Assembly (NCBI GenBank): GCA_964016885.1
Contig: OZ024742.1
Coordinates: 30,442,001 to 30,506,000, forward strand
Reading direction: 5' to 3'
DNA: 64,000 nt
Origin: Eledone cirrhosa
Lineage: Eukaryota
Translations under genes and position numbers: made by a program
Notes under the pieces: model-generated
Seen by the model: only the letters and a program-made list of their open reading frames with translations
The model's database searches: none
What the model was told of the DNA's origin: nothing
Shown: positions 11,677 to 24,212 of the stretch, piece by piece
Layout of the letters: the number at the start of each line of letters is the position of its first letter
How positions within the stretch are numbered: the stretch's first letter is position 1

Positions 11677-11850
11677 CAATAGAAATTACCATGGCAACAA
11701 ATGGAAGGGTCAAACTACCAATAGAAATCACCATAGCAACAAATGGAATGGTCATACTATCAATAGAAATCACCATAGCAACAAATGGAATGGTTATATT
11801 ATCAATAGAAATCACCATAGCAATAAATGGAATGGCCATACTATCAATGG
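11677..11850. repeat. 42-bp minisatellite, about 4 units, abutting the exon-3 acceptor
   Basis: Unit CAATAGAAATCACCATAGCAACAAATGGAATGGTCATACTAT. Confidence 0.9.
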
Positions 11851-12180
11851 ACAAGATATATTCTGTCTACAGAGTTTTTCTAACTTTCCCATGTTAATGA
11901 ATTACAGCACTGACAGAAAAACGTTGAAAAACAACAGAAGAGGCACTATTCTTGGGCCCCAAATAATAGTATTTATTAGTACACAAAATACAAATACCTA
12001 CCACCAAATTACATTATTCCCCTAAAATATGGCAGTTATCAACATCCTAGTCATAATGTCTACTTGAACTTATAACTTGCTGTCTCTTGAGGTCTGTGGG
12101 TGAGACTTTAAGTTAAGCTCGTACAAACACAGAGCAAAATCCAAACAACAACATAATAAATAAAACCATGAAAATCTTAC

Positions 12181-12317
12181 ATATGTAATATACGTTTGCC
12201 TTCAATTTGCATGAGCTCTTGGAAACCTTCAAAACTGGAATAGAAGTCATAGTCGTCTCCTTCAGTTGGCAGAGCATTTGAGGACTTGACACACTGAAGA
12301 ACAGTCTGCAGAACTTT
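12181..12317 (-). CDS. EXOSC10: EXOSC10 coding exon 2 (KVLQTVLQCVKSSNALPTEGDDYDFYSSFEGFQELMQIEGKRILH)
   Basis: TTTTAG acceptor, AT|GTAAGA donor, 137 nt; resembles human LPQFGDEYDFYRSFPGFQ (PMC2NT). Confidence 0.93.
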
Positions 12318-13159
12318 CTAAAAAAGAATGGAAGAAAAAACAGATAAATAAAGACAGAAAATTATGAGACTTATTCCATCAATCAGTGTGTTCCATAATT
12401 ATTGTGGCCACAAACTGACAGGTAAGTCCTCAATTATTATATTGAAATATAAATTGCTCCAGTAGACAAAGTATCAAAGTGCCAATTTCAGTCACAATGT
12501 AAGCCCTTTCTTATCATCATCACCATTTAATGTCCCTTTTCCACAAGTTGTCCCGTTGTGAGACAAGTCAGATCAGATGACCATGTCTTGCTCATATAGA
12601 ACTGTTTTTGGCTTGGTTTCTACGGCAGGATACCATTTTTAATGACAACCACACTTACAGATTGAACTGGGCGCTTTTTGTCATGACACCTACATGACCA
12701 CTTTACAGTGTGGACTGGATGCTTTTTGATCATCATTTTACATCTGCTCTCTGCACTGGCATGGGTTGGGCAGGTTGTCCGGTCAAAAACCAGATAGGTT
12801 TGGAACAATCTCATCTTGCTTATATGTTCCATATTTGGCATGGTTTCTACAGCTGGACACCCTTCCTAATACCAACCACCTTACAAAGTGTTGAGTACAT
12901 TTTATTGTGGAACCAGTATTAGAAACGTTAAATGTTTGTCTATTTGGGTAATACACTCAGTCTTCCTTGTTTCAGTTCAACTTGCCATGGAGAGACACCA
13001 AATCCTCTGTGTATGAGTTATAACTCTGAAGATACCTGCCTGATGATGAAACTTCTGGTCACTGTGAGGCACTCAAACTTCCAATTCACACAATACATTC
13101 TAATTCTTCAATTAATTTGCATTGAGTTTTTTTTTTACTTTAGAGGTTAAGTAGAACTA

Positions 13160-13740
13160 TGTACAGGGCTACTCAGTTCTTTGAGGACATGTCTTTTAAT
13201 AGTTCTACCTTTTTCCTAACTTGTTCTGATTATCATTTCCTTTCAGATAAATGATGACAAACATCAATCTAACTCAGCAAATGAAAAGATACACTGTAAT
13301 CGTTGCCTTAAAGGCAGAGCATAGTGATTTAGATATTTTTTGCTTCCTCAAAGTAGCTCAGTCATTTGTTGTCAAAGTTCGCAAAAAGTTGGAAGCCACT
13401 GGTAAAACCAAAAGTAAAAAGCTTGCTATGAGTCTTAATACCATTATAACATCCAAATTTATATGAAAGGTGCAGAAAATTATTGATAAGAACCCCAGAA
13501 AGTCAATTAGCATCATTGTGCTAAGGAGCTGAACATTTTAAGACACACTATCATAAAAATTGTGCATAAGAACCTTCGATACAAGTCACATGTGATACAG
13601 AGAAGCCAAAGACAAAAGATACCCATCTGATCCAAGCAAAGTACTTGTTGAGTAAGTTAAAACATTAAGAGCATGGAATGCTTTAGTGTTTTTCTCTGAT
13701 GAGAAAACTTTTGAGCAGGACCAAAAGGTATCGATACTTT
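13160..13740 (+). pseudogene. Degraded Tc1/mariner-superfamily transposase (maT/DD37D-like N-terminal half)
   Basis: HTH-like ORF 13251-13466, continuing across stops into KNPRKSI...LRYKS and FFSDEKTFEQDQKV. Confidence 0.7.
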
Positions 13741-15024
13741 CATTTTTTATTCAGCAAAGTTTTCTAATTAAAAAACAGAAGTAATATCTGCATTAAATTT
13801 ACCTTAAAATCTTTAAATATCTGCTAACATAATTATATATATATTCACACAATATATATGTAGCCAAAATTTCTTCAAATCACATCTTACTATTTTTAAA
13901 AAGTAAAACCACATTTAGATAATATTATCTAAAACTATGACTGAATAAAAGACAGGATAGTTACAACTGGAACGTCTTTGACCATAGGACTCCTCAACCA
14001 GGGTGGAACAGCTGTTTCTTCAAGAGATCAAATGATTCACTAAATGAGTGTGTATGAAATAGAATATAACTAAATCAAACCCAAACCATAATTCTACATT
14101 TAAACTATCCACCAAACCATAACACAGTGGCCATATATTAAAATCAAATACGTCCTTCAAAACTAAACCCGACCCTCTCAGCAGAACAACCATCCTGCTG
14201 TAATTACTGGTATGAGTGTGGCGGACGTTAAGCTGCAGCCGTCGCATAACGCAGTTTCTGGTTATTTACGCAATTCAGACATATGTTAATATTTGTATCA
14301 GTTATATATGTATATATATATATAGAGAGAGATAGATAGATATTGCTTTCACTCATGTATTGCATCAAATTGCTCCAGCCACTATCAAGTAACAAACAGC
14401 TGTTAGAATCGAGAACGATTATGTAACCAGATATCGCTTCAGTCAGCATATAACGGTTATGACGTAGTGGAAATAATGAACATCACAACATCCCACTGCT
14501 GCCAACCTGTATAAAACTGAGAGTTAATCAGTAGCCACAGTCAAATGAACGTCACGGTTTCAATCTCTACTAGTAACTATTTTAATCCACATTCATTACT
14601 CATATTTCGTCAAAAACATGGCATGGACGTCACTACATTCCATTCACTTGAATATTATAAAATGAGAGCCCTCCTTTGAGTCTGTGTGTTAAAAACATTG
14701 AGGCGTGTGGGAAGTCAAGTATACAATTGATCCTTATGTCTATAGTTTCAATTGTCGGCTGTAGCCATTTGATTGGGTATCGATTACTTATGCCACAAAG
14801 GAAGGAATGAACGCCACTCAATCCCCTTCTTCCCTTTACCGCAGTGATTTATGTAAGAGATCAATGTTGGTTGTTTTATCAAATATAAACGTTGACGACA
14901 CACGAAGCCATGGCGATATCCAAACATGTGGTCTTCTCATAAAATCTTAAATAAAACAAAGCAGATGACCATTAAACTGTCGAATACAGCTTTAGTATGT
15001 TAATATATAAATATAGTTGCTTAC

Positions 15025-15108
15025 CTGTGTATATACACTGATGTCTTCTACCTCGTTCGGTGTTTCTGTTGTCGTTGATGTTTCCGATCCATTAGTATTT
15101 TCCGCCAT
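15025..15108 (-). CDS. EXOSC10: EXOSC10 coding exon 1 (MAENTNGSETSTTTETPNEVEDISVYTQ)
   Basis: ATG GCG in good context, CAG|GTAAGC donor, 84 nt phase 0 matching exon 2; locally CpG-containing. Confidence 0.8.
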
Positions 15109-15941
15109 AGCTTCACTTTAAATAGACTTATCTTAACTTCTCTAAAAAAAAGAATTCTAGCAAGGGGAAATAATCGACTGGACGAAATGTCTGTTTATTT
15201 AGTTACGTAATTTTTTCGCTCTGACTTTAAATCTCGCTGAGGTCAACTTTGTTTTTAACCCTTTATGGACGATAAAATAACTAGAAAGTAATTTCATTTC
15301 ACATAATTATTTATCTATATAAATAAACATTATTTATATATTTTTAAAAAGTAGGGAAAGATACGCACACTCAATCACACACCGTAACAAGGGACGCTGA
15401 ATTTTCTCAAATGACTTTAAGGCAATCTAACACATTCATAGCACTGCCAGGCTAACTACAAGACTGAAAGGAAATTGACTCAAGCCAGGGCCTACTTCGT
15501 AATTAAATTCAGCTCAGTATGATGAGCAAAGTAGCCTGTGTTTAGACAGTAAGTCAATCCACAAAGATCTGTGGAGTCGAGAGGCTTACCGTAGCAACAT
15601 TTAGCTTCTGGAGTTCATATAATCATAGGTAGAATACTGACAAGTTACAAATGTTTGAATTAACTTTGTTTATTTTGCAGAAAAGAGGAATATAAACAAA
15701 TATCCGAGAGCTTGTCCAACCATTTCTTGTTAGTACTCTAACAAAATCGGAAGGACAACAGCTCGCCTGAGGAAGCCTTGTGAGGCAGGGTGACTTGCAG
15801 TGAGTGTCTGTGGCCATTCTCTGTAGTAACACCTTTGTCATTTTGTCTGCAGAGCACAGCCAAATCACAGCTCAGACTGGAGTGTAGAGTTTGTCCCTCC
15901 CTTACTTTCGTTGCTTAATTCACTTTTTTTTTCTTGTTCCC

Positions 15942-16962
15942 GGCGATATCCAATTTTAGCGGCCTAAATGCCGCTTACTTGCTGTAGTTGCTGCTTACTT
16001 CAATGTATGAGGCTATTCCAACAAATTTACATTCCCTTTTTTTTAGCCGTTAAAAGAAATATAGATTTATTTATTGTTTCTTTTTTGCGATTTATTTGCC
16101 ACTGGGGCATAGATTTCTTTATTTGCCACGTTTTTGTTTGTTTGTTTGTTTTTTTGCGATTTATTAGCCTTTTGGGGTCACACACACCCCCGTAGAAAGT
16201 GTGCAACCTTTCTGCCAGGGAGCACAGAGAGAGGGGGGTGCTCCCTTCTTCTCTTACCTGTACGAACCATTTGTTGGCCGGCGACATATCCCCACAGTTT
16301 CCTCGTTGCAAACGCATCTGGGACATTTCTTTTCCAAGGGGTTTCCGTCCCGGAATCCGTGTCTGTAGAGCCTTTCCCGAACGGTATAATAGTAAGTATT
16401 AGTGGTTGTAATAAAAATGCAATCAAAATGTAATAAATACCTTCACTGATTTCTTTCCTTATATTATCAACAGAAGTTGGTATGTCACCCAAAGTTCGCT
16501 TTGTATGTTCCCGAATAGCAGTGAATTTTGATAAAACTGTTTCTAATTCCTTCTCCACAGTAAGACAAATATCCATGTGTAGTTGAAGAGGATAAGTATG
16601 AAAGAACGAGGAAACTGTGGGGATATGTCGCCGGCCAACAAATGGTTTGTACAGGTAAGAGAAGAAGGGAGCACCCTCCTCTCTCTGTGCTCCCTGGCAG
16701 AAAGGTCGCACACTTTCTACGGGGGTGTGTGTGACCCCAAAAGGCTAATAAATCGCAAAAAAACAAACAAACAAAAACGTGGCAAATAAAGAAATCTATG
16801 CCCCAGTGGCAAATAAATCGCAAAAAAACCCCAATAAATCTATATTTCTTTTAACGGCTAAAAAAAAGGGAATGTAAATTTGTTGGAATAGCCTCATACA
16901 TTGAAGTAAGCAGCAACTACAGCAAGTAAGCGGCATTTAGGCCGCTAAAATTGGATATCGCC
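15942..16962. mobile_element. Non-autonomous long-TIR (MULE/foldback-like) DNA transposon carrying captured host sequence
   Basis: Near-identical TIRs 15942-16307 and 16605-16962 beginning GGCGATATCC; 8-bp TSD TTGTTCCC at 15934-15941 and 16963-16970. Confidence 0.92.
16441..16576 (-). pseudogene. RMND5: Captured first coding exon of an RMND5 (Rmd5/GID2, CTLH E3 ligase)-like gene
   Basis: MDICLTVEKELETVLSKFTAIREHTKRTLGDIPTSVDNIRKEISE versus the remembered RMND5A N-terminus MDQCVTVERELEKVLHKF; ends at a phase-1 G|GTATTT donor; no further RMND5 exons seen in window. Confidence 0.75.
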
Positions 16963-16995
16963 TTGTTCCCTTTCTGGGTTTTTTTTTTTTTCATT

Positions 16996-17197
16996 TAACC
17001 CTTTAACATTTACATTACTCTATATTTACTATTGTATTTTCATGGTAAACACTTTATCTCACATAATATTGAATCTATGAGATTTTGATATTTATTTTGA
17101 GTACAACACCTCAACATAAGTATGAGCAGCCACTTAGATCAGAAAGAGGTGAGAGAATTCTAGCCAGATACGGCCGGTTTAAATGCTAAAGGGTTAA
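16996..17197. mobile_element. TTAA-flanked (piggyBac-like) MITE, about 200 bp (other copies about 21541-21752, 32771-32990, 56731-56957, 60755-60983, 63468-63683)
   Basis: TTAA-CCCTTT(A/T)(G/A)CATTTA ... TAAATGCTAAAGGG-TTAA termini and shared interior. Confidence 0.85.
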
Positions 17198-19623
17198 ATA
17201 TTTTTTAATTGTAAATATTATTCCAGGGTTTATGAATGATTTAGAAAATATTTTTGTTTTCTTTCAGAAAGCTTGTAAAATACCTGGATGTATAATTTTT
17301 CTTTATAATTACCTGTTATAATTACACTGTATTATTTTAGGAGCTAGCAAATTGGTAAAGTCATCAAGATATTTGTTCCAGGTCATGATGTTCTATGTTC
17401 AAATTATCTGACGTCAACTTTGCTTCTCATCTTTTCAAGGTTCTTCTTTGCTCACTTGTTCCTGAGAGGGTTGTGGAAACAGAGTCCTCAAACATGCTTT
17501 CCAGAGGGTATTGTCAAAAACAACCATTTCCAACTGATTCGGCTGGATCCCCAAGTGAGACCAGCCAAGCTCATGGATGTTTTCCAACTATCTTGCTCTG
17601 GGTCTCCTGCTGGCTGGTTTTGCCCATCAAGGTTGATAAATAAAAGACCAACCAACTGGGATTGGACCTTCTTCTATATCTCCTCATTACTCTTTCTTTC
17701 TCTGGAGGAAATTGAAAAGGTACGGGCTCTACCAAGTTTAAAATACCCAAGACATTGTGTCAGGTTGGTGCCTGTAAGACTATCAGAAGTTAAGTGCACT
17801 AGAGCTATATTACCGACTTCCTCAGAATAGTAGAGCACTAATATGAGGGAGAGTAAGTAGTATATATTTAGGATATGGTGTGTATATTCCAACATGGATA
17901 TTTTGTGTAAATATAGATTATATATTTAGAATATGGTGTGTATATTCCAACATAGATATGTAAATATAGATTATATTCCAATCTATATATGGTGTGTATA
18001 TTCCAACGTGGATATATTGTGTAAGTATAGATTATATTCCAACATAGATTTGGTGTGAAAATATAGAATATATATTTTTAAATTCTTTCAAATTAATGTT
18101 TTAAACATTACACTATTTCCTGTTCTCTTCTTCACTTACTTTCTCTCTGCTCGTTGTATCTATCAATTTAGGACTAACGTCCAAACGAAAAAAAAAACAT
18201 TGTCTCCTCCACCTTTTCTTTCTCACTTCATCTTCTGTACATACTTTCTCTTTTAAGCTAATATGTTGGACATTGTTTCTATCTCTTCTTTCCAGTTGCA
18301 GTACATTGGTTTATAGCAATTTATATTTTATTTGTCAATAGTTGAAAGACAAATGTGTCCATTTGTTACTGTCCTATGTATACATATATATTTTACTTGG
18401 ACTACCTTTATTTTTTGAATCTATCCTTTGTGATCCTGTCTCTATTTTTGTACTTCTCAAGGGTTAAAGCCAGACACGTCGAACTTGCTTTCCCCTTTTC
18501 CATATAAAGCGTGAAACTAATAAGACTTTTTGTACCTCTGTTTGTTGTTTCTTTGAATTATATATATATATATTCATCATTTCTACATCCACTTTCCCTG
18601 CTATCAAGGGTTGGACAGGGCTACATAGACCAAGTCAGTACTGAAGCATCGCTACTGAGATCTCAGAAAGCCAGGGATCTGCATATCGCTTACATATGAT
18701 CTCACGTTCTACCAAGTGCACAGGAGAGGTTGTCATGTCTTTGACACAACTGAAAGGTCCGGGAAGCTTTCTATGGCTGAATGCCCTTCCTATCATCGAT
18801 CACTTTGAATTATATATATATATGTAGGGTCTTGATGTAAATTGGGAGGCAACCACTGCCAAAAAAGGTACTTAATACATTGGTAGCGTATACATGCATA
18901 CATTTTATTATAGAAATGATTTCTACAGGACTAGTAATGTTTCATTCTTAAGAAATCAAACAGTTCTAGTTCTATAGATGTGTGTATGTATATTCATTTT
19001 ATTTTATTAATGTTAAATATATCTATATGCATGTGTGTATTTATAAATCTACATGCATGTGTGTACTTATGCATGCATATTTGATACAATTACTGTTGCA
19101 CAACCACACACTTTGATGCACATATACACACACACACAAACATGAACTCTTTATCTTACAGATAGTATATTTCTCTGGTTACATAGGTGTATCTATATAA
19201 AAACAATTAGGAGACAGACAGAGAGTGATGGACAGGGTGACATGAAAAGATAGATAATAGTAAAATACATAGGTAGAGAGAAAAACAGAAATACATACAG
19301 ATTGTTCTAGTAATTTCCGTGAGAGAAAATGACAATATTTTTAGTTTACTTTATTAAAATACTTGTAATGCACACCTTTGGAAAATATATTAGCATATGT
19401 ATTTTTAGGAAAGTTATAAAGAAACAAAGTGAAATAGGGGCAGTAAACTGTTGGCCTTAAGTATTTTTTTGCTGAATAAACTAGTCTGATGAGCTGATCA
19501 ATACTAGAGTTGGGGCCATAACTTCTATGGGAGACCTTGAGCCTGTCCTCTGTGAAACATGTGTAACAAGTTGATACAATAAAAACCTAAATATATGTAA
19601 ATGAAACTTTTTTTCTTAGTATA

Positions 19624-20944
19624 TCTTTATATATATAAAAGCGAGGATGTGTGTGTCTGTCTACAACTTTGCATGCTTAAGGCTTTCACAATTACCAACT
19701 GAATTTGACCAAATTTTCTGTGCACGTTGCACAGGTCGCTAAGATTGTCACATCAAACATTTTTCAAATCGACCCACGTTGAGCAATAAAAAAATCGATA
19801 TCAAAATTATCGGTAAAAAAATTGATGTAAGGGAGATAACAAACTTTAATGACAATCCTTATAAAAAAGGGAGATAACCAACTTTTTAGAGATATAAACA
19901 TCACATTCATTTGAAGATAAATCACTAATATTATCATTTGTTTCTTGTTTATTCTTTGTTGCACTTTCAAAGTTAAAAAAACACTTGTTTTAATTTGTTT
20001 CACTATATTAAGTGATTCTTTAAATCCTCCTGGTTTACCTCCTAATACATTGGTTCTGAAAGAGGGAACACCAGTTATTTTGCTGAGAAATATCACTCCT
20101 CCAAAACTATGCAATGGTACACGCCTTGTGGTTAAAAAACTGTCTCCACTTAGTATTGACGCTACCATTCTATCCGGATGTGGAAAAGGCGAGGATGTGA
20201 TAATAACAAAAATTAGCCTGACTACATCAGGCGTGGATACCCCCTTCTCCTTTCGCCGAACCCAATTTCCCCTTCGTGTTACCTTTGAGATGTCCATAAA
20301 CAAGTCGCAAGGTCAAACTCTGTCCGTCGCTGGAATTCACTTGGATGAACCTTGCTTTTCGCACGGACAATTCTACGTTGCCTGCTCACGAGTTGGCAGT
20401 AGAGATAATCTATTTGCGTTTGTTCCGAAAAGAAAAACAAAGAATATTGTCTATCCTGAAGTGCTTTAGTGTTAACAAAAAAACTTATTACAGCTCTGCC
20501 TTGACTTCACCTTACTCATTACAAAACATACCAATGAATATGTCATGCAGGATATTTTGGATTATAAGTTCAAAATTTAACCATACACAGCAAAGGATGC
20601 TCTCAAAGAATAGATTTTCTCTTATTCTACTCTTTGTTTTTTTGTTTGTATACAACTCTGCTTTCATTACAACTTTTTGTACTTTAGCAAAACTGCCTGT
20701 TTTTTTACAGATTTGTAATGTGTATTGTCTTTAATCATTTGTATAACTACATCCTGTTCAGTGTTTTCCTTCATTATCAGCATAGTTTTATGTGTACAAA
20801 GATTGCACTAAATATTCGTTTGCATTAATTATTGAAGACTTCTGCTTATTTTGATAGGTTGGGGACAAATAATGTTCTTTTACTTCCTAGCTGTATATTC
20901 TTAGCATAATTTCAAACGCCGAGCAACGCCGGGTAAATCTGCTA

Positions 20945-20945
<1 letters not shown>
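19624..20945 (+). mobile_element. Non-autonomous Helitron retaining a Pif1-type helicase C-terminal fragment (about 20015-20469)
   Basis: A|TC 5' end, subterminal GC hairpin about 20917-20934, CTAG|T 3' end; LKEGTPVILLRN...LCNGTRL...QFPLRVTFEMSINKSQGQTL...HGQFYVACSRV. Confidence 0.88.
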
Positions 20946-20981
<36 letters not shown>

Positions 20982-22344
20982 AGGAAATTCAAGTACACTA
21001 TTTTCCTATATCAAGCATTTGTACTGTGTTGTTTGCTTTGTTATTTCCATTTGTATTTTCTGCCATGTTTACATGCCTACATATTAGATATGTATATATA
21101 TTTATACACATTCGTACAGTCTCAGTTACTCATCCTGTATTTATACAGATATATCATCGTCATCACCGTTTAACATTCATTTTCCACACTAGCATAGGTT
21201 AGACGAGTTGTCCCATTGTAATACAAGCCAGGTCAGGTGACAATGTCTTGCTCATACAGAACTGATTTTGGCATGGTTTCTTTCTATGGTTGAATGCCCT
21301 TCCTAACACTAACCTCATTTATAGTGTGGACGGGGGCAGGGTGCAGATAGGAGAGGTAGGTCTAGGGGTGGAGTGTAAGGATGTAAGTGAAGTATTACGA
21401 CGTGGGTGGTATATGGAAGGGGTGATGCATACTAGATGTATGCTTTAACCTGTGTACATGGGAAGACAGGATATATATATATATAAATGACATAAAGGCA
21501 GTATAGTATCCCTACCAGTATTTGTTTCCTCACAACTTTCTTAACTCTTTAGCATTTACATTACTCTATATTTACTATTGTATTTTTGCAGTAAAGGCTT
21601 TACTTCTCATAATATCGAATGAGATTTTGATATTATTTATTTTAAGAACAATACCTTAATATCAGTATGAGTTGCCAGTTACGGCTGGTTGGAACAGAAA
21701 GAGGTGAGCGAATTCTGGCCAGATACAGCTGGTTTAAATGCTAAAGGGTTAAACATGTACATTACATTTTACAAAGAGACATTTTCATAGGTATAGTTAG
21801 TGATTATGTTGATAAAATTGGAAAAGAAAAATTGTCATTTTTACTCATTGAAAATATTGGGAGTTCTCTGTAATATTAAAACGAGGGATTACCAAACTTA
21901 ATTTATTTATAGAAGACCTCATATACATAGAAACACTGTTACAAATTTACAAACATACTTTTATAGATATATGTAAACATTACACACACACACGTGTGTG
22001 TGTGTGTGTTCCCTACCCATGCTCACATGGAAGATGGCCGTTAAATGATGATATATATATATATAATCATGCATAGACAGTGAAATACACTCATGACTAC
22101 ATAAATGTAAACATTTATATATACATAAATATATACATACATCATCATCATTATCATTTAACATATGCTTTCCCTACTAGCAAGAGTTGGATGGATCTAC
22201 AGAGATTAAGTGAGTACTAAAGCAGGGATACTGACCTTACGGACAGGCCGAGGGTCTGTATCCTGCTTATGTAGTCATATCGAGTGCAGAGAAGTTGTCT
22301 ATCGTCGTCACCGTTTAACATCCATTTTTCCATGTTTGCATGGG

Positions 22345-22380
<36 letters not shown>

Positions 22381-22436
22381 TCATCATCATCATCACCGTT
22401 TTACGTCCATTCTTCCACGCTAGCATGGGTTAGACG

Positions 22437-22481
<45 letters not shown>

Positions 22482-23162
22482 GTACACACTGTTACATGAT
22501 TATGTATATATATATATATATATAGTGCTACACAACCACACACTTTGATGCACAGACATACATTAATTTTAAATATACTGTTACATAAATATATATACAT
22601 ACATAAATTTATAAATAAACAGACATTAACATAAACTTCAAACATTCTATTCAATCCTATAAAAGACTAACAAACAAAAAGGAAGTGTGCTTTTGTTCAT
22701 TTATCATTGTGCATATGTAGCTAGAAGCTTCTGATGGAAAGTATTATTATTATATACAGATATATAGGTATATATATATATACATGCATGTATGTGTCTG
22801 TATATGTACATGGTGTGTGTATTGGGAAAGGCTTGATTCCCTGTATATAAACTGTAATAAAACTGGTTGGTAGAATATGATAGAAACACATCACAGAAAG
22901 AATGAAAAAGAAAACAAATAACAAAAAAAAACAGAGTCAATTGAATGAATCTCTTCAGAGAAAAAAGTTGTGGCTACAATCACAATGAGAATCTATCATG
23001 AATAAGCCCAAAATACATCTACTTAATGTGAAAATAAATAAATGTAATACCAATATTAAACAAGAATAATACCAATATTAAACAAGACTTGCCACCAAAG
23101 ATTTCATTTTTATTAAAAAAAAATCATTATAAACATACTTAAATAGTTAAAACATTTCTGAT

Positions 23163-23537
23163 TGTCATGAACCAGAGATTTGGTTCCTTTAGTTTCGTAT
23201 TTAATGTCATGAACCAGAGATTTGGTTCTTTTAGTTTCGTATTTAATGTCATGAACCACAGGTTTGGTTCGTTTAATTTCGTATTTAATGTCATGAACCA
23301 CAAGTTTGGTTCGAGTTTCGTGTTTAATGTCATGAACCACAGGTTTCGTTCCTTTAGTTTCGTATTTAATGTCATGAACCAGAGGTTTGGTTACTTTAGT
23401 TTCGTATTTAATATCATGAACCACAGGTTTAATTACTTTAGTTTCATATTTAATGTCATGAACCACAGGTTTGGTTACTTTAGTTTCGTATTTAATGTCA
23501 TGAACCAGAGATTTGGTTCCTTTAGTTTTGTATTTAA
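23163..23537. repeat. 42-bp minisatellite, about 9 units (probably 3' UTR or downstream of the zinc-finger gene)
   Basis: Unit TGTCATGAACCA(G/C)AG(A/G)TTTGGTT(C/A)CTTTAGTTTCGTATTTAA. Confidence 0.92.
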
Positions 23538-23874
23538 TAATTTGGAGACAAAATGTGACTGTCAGACAAACAAAGAATACATGTAATGGCATGTTACATT
23601 TTGGTTGCTTACTGCTTGGTCTAAGTGTATTTACAATGATTTTTTAAAATGAAATAATGAGGGGTCATTAATGAGGCTTTCAAAAGATTTCTTTTGCAGT
23701 ATTTTTTGTGCTTTTTTTTTTATTTATCATCTTTTTTTTCTTTTGTCTATTTGACCATACAACTTAAGGAACCTTTAGGTCAGCTCCCTAATATTAAGAG
23801 TGTAAGTATTGAACCTGATTTTCCCATTAAAAATAATATTCCAGTAAATACTGAGCCATATTTACATTCATAAC

Positions 23875-24212
23875 ATCATTAACCCTTTCATTACCATATT
23901 TCTAATGAAAGACACTGCCTATGTCATTAACCCTTTCATTACCATATTTCTAATGAAAGACACTGCCTATGTCATTAACCCTTTCATTACCATATTTCTA
24001 ATGAAAGACACTGCCTATAAGTTTCAAATTATTTTGAAAAAAAATCAAGAATTTGAAAAGATTTAGTAATATAATTAACCTCATTATTTATCAGGTGTTT
24101 GGAGCATAACTTAAACGTTTCGAAATCAAATTATAATATGAGGTTGTTAAATAAATATAAGCAGCTTTATTCTTTAGAGTTGTTTCTGGCAGTTTCATAT
24201 CAAAAGGGTTAA
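23875..24212. mobile_element. TTAA MITE whose left 54 bp is tandemly triplicated
   Basis: TCATTAACCCTTTCATTACCATATTTCTAATGAAAGACACTGCCTATG x3, right end AAAAGGGTTAA at about 24212. Confidence 0.6.

Noticed and set aside
14150-14950. CpG-containing stretch in EXOSC10 intron 1 as a possible snoRNA/ncRNA
   Set aside because: No convincing C/D or H/ACA boxes or stems; may simply reflect promoter-proximal composition
17395-17895. Overlapping ORFs up to 136 aa upstream of EXOSC10 (possible divergent gene)
   Set aside because: No recognisable motif or consistent splice structure; possibly an old TE fragment
19485-19570. CTGATGAG...GAAAC hammerhead-like motif
   Set aside because: Could not identify the required stems by eye; spacing too long
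19945-20469. Host PIF1 helicase gene
   Set aside because: C-terminal fragment only, enclosed by Helitron termini
23113-23592. 159-aa ORF with KYETKGTKPVVHDI repeats
   Set aside because: Translation of a 42-bp minisatellite downstream of the stop codon; no splice support
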